NCBI GenBank assembly: GCA_050273025.1
Contig: CP158636.1
Coordinates: forward strand, 6,138,001 to 6,202,000
DNA from: Cenococcum geophilum
Taxonomy: Eukaryota
DNA length: 64,000 bases
Direction of reading: 5' to 3'
This document shows positions 56,401 through 64,000 of the stretch, piece after piece. A model generated the notes under the pieces. The model ran no database searches and was not told where the DNA came from. It saw only the letters and a program-made list of their open reading frames with translations. The position numbers were made by a program, and so were the translations under genes. Each line of letters opens with the position of its first letter. Within the stretch, counting starts at the first letter, position 1.

Positions 56401-57314
56401 CAGTATACTAAGAAGTAGTTATAGTAGACCTCCTGGACTATATTTAAGTAAATAAATCCTTTTATATATCTAAGGTCCGCCTCTAGGCTGCTAAAGAGAT
56501 CCCTAGTTAAGCAAATATTAATACTATAGAGCGCCGTAATATATAAGGACGAGTAGTAAAGAGAGATAATAACGGCAATATAGAAGATAAATAGGAGTTT
56601 AAGAAAATCCTTAATATATATAATGAAGACCTTTAGGGCCTAACTTATAAGATTAAATAGAAATATTATAAGGATATAACCTAGCAGCTAGAGGAAGACC
56701 TAAAGGGTTATAAATAAGCTGTATAGCGCTTTTATAAGCAACACCCTAAAAAGCTAGGACCCCTAGACTGGGTATAAGATAAAGAAAAGTCACGCTAAGG
56801 TTGCGGCCGACTACCGTATTAAAATTTATGGTGGTTAAAATGTTATGGAACTTTAACTGGCGGTTAAAGTTATCTAATTAGCTAAATTCTTATTAAGAAA
56901 CGCTACACGGATTAATTTAGGTGGCGGTATAAAGTTCTACTAACCTTACTTACTAAACTAACCAATTAGGATTTTCTATGCCCGGTATAGAAAATCGCCA
57001 TTAGCTTAGTTAAGGGCGGTAAGCGGAACTAATATCTTTGCGGTAAAAAATAGGCAACCCTATATACTGCCTATTTTTAAGTTATTTGTTTAGTTTGGGG
57101 ATTAAACTATCTAGGGAAGAGGAGTACTGTTACGGCACTGACCTAACGCATACTATTTTATACTATCTCGTACTATTTCCTACTATTAGCTAGCCCACTA
57201 CTAGCGACTTGGCGGCTGGCCCTACTATTTATATACAATACTCCCTTTCTACCTTCTTCCCCTCTTTATACCATAACGTAGTTATTTAGTCTACTTCATT
57301 GCAGCACTGTGACA
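50415..57314 (+). mobile_element. Full-length Ty3/gypsy (family F, copy 2), RIPed
   Basis: 187-bp LTRs at 50415-50601 and 57128-57314, TSD gttta. Colinear with 42568-49460. Confidence 0.94.
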
Positions 57315-58111
57315 GTTTAGCTTACGGCTAGGTTATTCCGTCTTTTAGTTCTTTATTATAACCTAGACTATATCTCCTACGGTAAAGTTAGGCTCTTGCC
57401 TATGCTTATTTGCCTACTGTTATATTAATTTTTAAGCCTTTTTTAGATTTATATGGGCTACCGTCTAGGCTTCTTCTAAGCGCTTGGCGTACTGCTGGGC
57501 TTCCTTATAAAATAGTTTTTTGTATACGGTTTAGAGTTCTTTTAGTCTTTCCTAGTTAAAGCTTATATAGGGTAAGTAGCTTATTTCTAGCTAGATAGGG
57601 GCAAATCCTATAAAGTTATAAGGTAGGGTCGCTTGGGCGTAGTCTATTAGGGGTAGTAATTTAGCCTAGTTATCTTAGAAGTAGTTAATAAAGAGCTGAA
57701 GTCTCTAGTCTAAGTATTAATTTATAATTTCCGTCTAACTATTTATCTGGGGGTGGTATGCTATAGAAAGCTTTAGCTTAATACCTAAGATCTAGGTAAA
57801 CTTATTCTAGAAAGCTAGAATAAATTATAGCCTATAATTGGATATAATAGTATTTAATAGTCTGTAAATTTGGTAGATATAGTAGATATATAGTTAGGCC
57901 GCCTCTTTAGCATTAATATTCTTATAATAGGGGATTAAAAACGGGCGCTTGCTAAAGCAGTTAACTAGGATTATAACTATATTATATCCGTTACAGTTTA
58001 TAGGTAATTTATAAAAGTCTATAAAAATATACTACTAGGGGTGTTTTAGTATTAGGAGTAGTTTTAATAGTTCTAGGGTTTTATTATAAGGGGATCTTAT
58101 AAATAGGGGGC

Positions 58112-61100
58112 TATAAGGACACGATTATAAAATAGGATAGATTAGTAAGAGAGACAAATCCTTAAGGAGGTAAGGCCTTTAGAATTGTAGAGACTATATA
58201 CTACGGGCATGTGCCTTTAGCATATAACTGGCGACCATTTAAAGGGCGTTTAGGGGTTATCCTAAGGGCAACCCAAGGTGTCCGCAATAATATCCCTTAT
58301 ATTACCCCCCCTTCTTATAGTTAGCCCCTAATTGCTATTATCTTATAGTAGGGAGATTATAAGGGCTTATCCCGGAAGAGGTTCGGAGAGATATTAGAGA
58401 GGTGTTAGTATGCCGCTATATATTATCTATCTATCTAACCCCTACTTTAAACTCCTAAAAAACCTTAATAAGGAAAAAATATAACTAGAGAAAAGATATA
58501 AGGATTGCTAGGAGACCTATTAAAAGCTTATTAAAAGTATACTAGTAACTACCTAGGCTAATATAGGGATTTTTATATAACTCTGCTTCTAAGCCTTTAT
58601 GCCAGTTTATAATTAATTATAAATATTATAGGCAATTTGGTGTTCTAGTATAGTTCCGTAAAACCTTTTAGTATAGAATTTAACGTATAGAGCCTTGGCT
58701 TACCATTATCTTTAACTGCTAAGATATGGTCTATAATTCTTTTTTATAATCCTTTTCTTATAATCCCCTGCGTTACTAATATATTGCTTCTATATTTACC
58801 CTTAGGCTATTAAATACGGTTAAGGTATTAATTAGTTAGTTAAAGAGACTTATCTCTTAAGATTTAGTGTATATGCTTTTAAATCTGGTGGTCCTATGCT
58901 GTATATTTAGCGTAGCTTTACTACCTAGCAAATAGGGATATTTCGTGATAGCAATTATAGCTATTATACGATTGTTAAGAATGTTTATAACGTTGTTCTT
59001 TAATACTATAGTATTATTTTAGGTCTAATTTAACCTATATACGTTTTTAATTTAACGTTTTAATTACCTTCCCCTAGCCGCGTAGTTAGTTTTTATAAGG
59101 AAGTAATAGTTAAATAACTTATACGCGTATTTTCTTCCTTTTAAATAGCGCTATTATAACAGAGTTATATTGGTAAGGTTGCGGCTATTTACTAGAAGGG
59201 TATTGGACGGTAAAGTATAAAGATACTTTGCTTATTAAGCTTAATCCTTTTCCTTAATACCTTACTTCCTATTATTAACCTTTGTCCAATTTAGACGTAT
59301 CTTTAATATATTATTAAGATTTTCTTCTTTTTTATTATTAATTTAATATACCTCTTTGTTTTCCCGCTAACTACTCTTTTAAGCAAATTCTATAGCGTAT
59401 CCTAGCCCTACCTTTATATATAAAACCCTAACCCCCACTAACCTATAACTGGTGCTGGTCCTACCTAAATAATTTTACCTATACGTCTTTAAAAGACCAG
59501 AAATCTAATAATAGGATTCTGGAGGCTTATAATAAGACATACTGCGTTAGATCTAATACCTTTAGTTTTTATAATTAATGCATACGTACTAAGAGCGGTA
59601 GTTGCATTAAGGTAAGCTTTTCTATCTTTAATAAATTTCTATTGCTAACTTTAATAGCCTAGGCCTAAGTGGCGACGTTCCTTTAATATTCTTAACTACT
59701 ATATCGCCCGGGCTCTCTCTTATTTAAGCGCTAATGCTAAACATTTAGGTTATATTTAAGATTATACTATAGCTATTTATACTGCCTATAATTCTTAGTA
59801 AGCTAGCTAGTAACGCCTAATATAAGAGTAAGGTTAGTATACTAAGGATAGGGTGCGGGATGGGGGTAATAAAAAGAAGGTTGCCGTTTACTATAGGAAG
59901 GAGTTCGCGTATGCGTGTTAAGTTTTAAAAGAGTATAATATAATGCGGTATTAGGTAGGTTACCCTTTAGGTACCTAGCGGATAGGTAACTAATAGTTAC
60001 TGTAGTAAGGTCTTGGTGGTTCTGGATTATACTAGCTAGCTAACATCTCTATTTATTCTAGGCTTAAGCGTATCTTTATTAACTATAAGCTTACTCCCTA
60101 AGAGCTTTATTAGTATTGGTTTAGACCTAATATTAGTATTAAGCGTTTAAGAGTCTTTACTTTAGCTATACCTTATAATATAGATTAATTAATAGGTATA
60201 CAATTCTAGTAAAATGCCCTATTAATTCTATGTTATAAATATAAAAAGGCTAAGGACTAGTCCTGCCTTAGGCTATAGCTCTAATTCTTATAGTTTCCGG
60301 AGCTTGTCCGTTCTATATCCGATTTAACCTATTTACTCTTTTTATAAGCTTTCTTTATAGGTTGTGATAATACTATAGTATTAGAGCGCTTTCTGCGATT
60401 TGTAGATTGTAGATCTTAGTTCTAATATTCTTTTAGAATATCTTTATAATAATTAAGGTGATCCTCTAGTTCCTATATAAAGTCCTTAGCGGGCTAGCCT
60501 AGCTATTTAATTTTAAATTAAAGCTTGTTCTTAACAGACTTATAGCATAGTATAGCTTTAACCTTATACCACTCGCCTACCACCTTAGGGTGTTTAATTG
60601 GGCCTAGATAGAAGTTCTTTTTTAGTAGTAGTTTATGCCATGGCTCTAGTAGGTTTACGTAAAACACTAGATGTATATAGGCTATAGATAGGGGTAGCTG
60701 GAGATAGTAGGCTAGCTTACTAATTTGTTCCTTGACTTAGAAGGGGTCTAGGTATCTTATATTAAGCTTCTTTAATAGTTAACGGGTCTTAATATTCGCT
60801 GAACGTAATAGAACCTTATCGCCTACTCTAAAATGCTTGTTTTAGTGTTTGCGGTTATACTAGAGTTTCTACTACTCTTAGGTATTCTATAGGCTCTGCT
60901 TTACATACTTCTATTACTCCTCCTATTCCTAGAGGTATCCTTATACTCTTTAGTGGATATCCTTAAACTTCCCGGTAGGATCCTATAATTAATTATACGG
61001 CCTTAGCTAGTGATTATTAGGTATACTATTAAACCTAAATAGTTGGACGCTATAGGTAATCTAGATTGGTGTGTATTTATGCGATATGTATTGCTTTAAA

Positions 61101-64000
61101 TTATAAGCGTATTCCGCGTATAGAAGTAGCTCGCACTGGTTATTTTACTAGTAGTTTAAATATATCCGTAGGTAAGACTTTAGTTTTTAGTTCTAGCGTT
61201 CCGTTTACCTATCCGTCTATAAATAGAAAGCCGTACTATAATAGTAGTCTATCTTTAAATGGAAGTATAGATCTGACTAGTCCTGACTTATAAAGACGCT
61301 GCCCCTATTAGTAATAATAGAGTGCGGCTAATTTACTTTAAGAAAGTATTTCTCCTTAATTAGGTTGGCGAGCTCTTATATATTAATTGTCTTATTAATA
61401 GGAAGGTATTAGACGTACTTTAAAAACCTATTAATAAGTATAAGGACCGAATTGTATGTTCGTCCTTAGCTATTTTTAGATAGTGGGAGATCTGTAATAA
61501 AGTCTATGGTATAATGTTGCTATAGCTTACTGGCGGGGGGAACTAATTTAAGTAGACCTTATAGCTTATGCCTGAGGATTTTATATACTTAATACTTCTT
61601 ATAATAGCTAATATACTTCTTTGCTTCCTAATTAAGCCTTAGCTAATAGTATTTGCGCTAAAGTAATTCTACTGTCTTTGCTTGACTATAGTGGCCGCCT
61701 AAAGGATTATTATAATTTTTTATAAGAATCTTCTATTATAGATTTGCTTCTTATAGTACCTAAACCTTGCTACCTTTATATAGTAGGCCTATTGGGTCTA
61801 GTTCCTAATAGTAGCGCCTAGCAGCTTCCTTTCTGTTACGTTTCTGGTTTATTTCTATATTAAGGATAGTATAGAAAGCGTCCCTCTGTTACACCTTACA
61901 GATAAAATCCGTTAAACTTTTAAATAGTTTTTAAGTAAAAGCTATTTTATTCCGTACTACTCTAAGTATAAGACTAGATAGTACTATAGATCTTATAACT
62001 CTTTAATGCGTATATATTAGGAAGGCCGCTACGAGGTTAAAGTCCTTTAGTTATTATAGGGCTCTAAGTTCCGATTGCTCTATAGCTTTACTATTAGTTT
62101 AAGGGGATAGCTTAGTAATTAGGGATAGTGTATTACTAAGTTCTAAAAATGTATTAGGAACGTCCTATTTAGGTATATTTAGACCCTTATTAGTAATAGA
62201 CTGGGTACTAGCTAGAACATTAGTAAAAACTAATAGGGCTTATACCGCCTAAGACTTAGTGTATAGAGCTGTGGGTACTTAAGTATCCTATACCTAAAGC
62301 TTGTTCTATAATATAGGGAGTAAGATATCTATTATCTGTTTTCCTTCTCCCGTTTTAAAGCCTTTAGTATAATCTGGCCGTTATAACGGTCTATTAGTAG
62401 GGTTGTTTTCCCCTAGCTTATATTTAATCTTAAAATTAAATTATATAAGCTCCTCTGCCTATCTAGCTTATTAAGGTATAAGCTCCTTTATAGTTATAAA
62501 GTAGCGTAAATTATAGTAATCTAAGAGTATATAAGTGGTATAGCTTACTTACTTAAGGTAGTATCGCTACTATTTAAAGTAGTTAACTATAGCTAGCAGT
62601 TCCTTATTATGGGTATAATACCTAATTTTAGGTCCCTGGAATTTTCTGCTATAAAATACTACTAGTCTCTAATAGAGCTGGGTAGCGTTTGGATGCCTAT
62701 TAGGTTATAGTAGGATACCAATAAGGGCAAAATTTAATGCATTAGTGATTATTATTAATAGCTAATCTAGGTTAAAATGCCGCAGTAATAAAGCTTCTGT
62801 AAACTTTATGCGAAGTTTTTAAAAGGCCTTTTAAACTTTTCTGGGCTATAACCATAGCTTATACTATTTAGTTAGTCCCTTTTTAGTTTTCTTTCTTACC
62901 GCCTTTAAGCTTTTTGCTCTTTAGGTTAGGTTTTAGAAAGCTTCCGTAATATAGTTAGATAGGTATTAGGTAACGTTTAAGCAGTTATAGATAAAGCGCC
63001 TATAGAAATTGGTAAAGCCTAGAAATACTTAAATATCCTAGTAGCTCTTTAGCTTTAGCTACTCCTGGATTATCTATACCTATATTAGGTCTATAACTAT
63101 ACCTATAGGCGTTATAATATAACCTAAGAACTTAACCTACTTAGTATTAAAGATATACTTTAACGCCTTAGCGTAGAGGCCCTAATTATCTAAACGTTCC
63201 AGTACTTCGCGGATATATTGCTTATATTAATTCTTATCTTCTAAGTAGATTAAAATGTTATCTAAATAGATAACGTATATATGGTTAACTAGTCCCCCTA
63301 AGGCTCTGTAAATATATAATTGGAATGTTATAGGCGTATTAGCTAGCCTAAAAGGCATTACTAGATACTTAAAGTAGCCGTATTAGGTCTTAAAAGCGGT
63401 CTTTTATTTATCCCCTTTTTTAATATAGAGCCTATAATAGGCGTCTTATAAATCTAACTTTATAAAGATCTTCGCCCTAGATAGTTAATCCAGTATTTTA
63501 CTAACTAGTGGTAGTAGGTAATAGTTTTTAATTGTAATCTTATTAAGACCGCGATAGTTTATATATAGCCTTATAGTTCTATCTAGTTTTAGGACAAAGA
63601 GGATTGGCGCGCCTAACGGTAACTTATTAGGCCAGATCCATCCCTTTTCTAGTAAGCTATTAAGGTACTCCCGTAGGATCTTAAGCTCTTTACGCAAGAG
63701 GTTGTAGATAGGAAGATTTAGTGGTTATTTACCTTCTTTTAGATTAATTGCATAATCGTACTCCGAGTTCTGTAGTAGGACTTTAGCTCTCTTACCTAAA
63801 AATACCCTTAATAAGTCCCTTAGGCCTACTAGAATAATTAATAAATTAGGGTTACGTTTGTTCTCTATATTATTATTAGGTAGGTTTTAGAGCTTCCTTA
63901 GGATGCTTATAGGCAGCGTTATACACTATGGTAGTTATTTATATATAGTTACTACTATATATTATACCGTTTTATACAGTAGCTAATAAAGGGTAAGGAA
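58112..64000 (-). mobile_element. Ty3/gypsy element G (3' LTR, long 3' region, pol), continuing off the right edge
   Basis: LTR at 58112-58301 (t(a)taagg...cctta(t)a) followed by a reversed PPT. RT ORF remnant GAPILFV.K....RL.INYRGLNKITIKN at 63485-63697, RNase H ~62400-62780, integrase ~60900-61800. Confidence 0.88.

Larger units (their letters stand above)
42474..58111 (-). mobile_element. 3' part of gypsy element E, hosting several insertions
   Basis: 3' LTR split into 42474-42567 and 49466-49648. Reversed PPT ttacccccccctt at 49649. Chromodomain and integrase remnants at 49690-50020, 50284-50414 and 57320-58110. Confidence 0.8.

Noticed and set aside
1..64000. Starship captain (tyrosine recombinase), telomere repeats, rRNA or tRNA genes
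   Set aside because: None was recognisable by eye. A heavily RIPed remnant cannot be excluded without HMM searches.

Overview
Filamentous-ascomycete DNA. About 95% is a nested transposon cluster mutated by RIP (TpA excess, CpA/TpG loss, ORFs broken by TAA/TAG). One GC-balanced island (~17.9-20.8 kb) carries a spliced RBR (RING1-IBR-RING2) E3 ligase gene with an apparent +1 frameshift near its 5' end. Resolved elements: a hAT end, Ty3/gypsy elements of several families, a full Ty1/copia, a LINE, a PIF1/Helitron-type helicase remnant, solo LTRs and a GC-rich non-autonomous TIR element. Least explained signals: (1) a compound inverted-repeat element whose arms each hold a different hairpin module at the same position, with a third copy 19 kb away bracketing the RBR gene; (2) an antisense Zn2Cys6-like ORF in four gypsy copies; (3) a 48-bp palindromic module shared by a copia LTR and an unrelated gypsy 3' UTR. 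All calls were read by eye and no searches were run.
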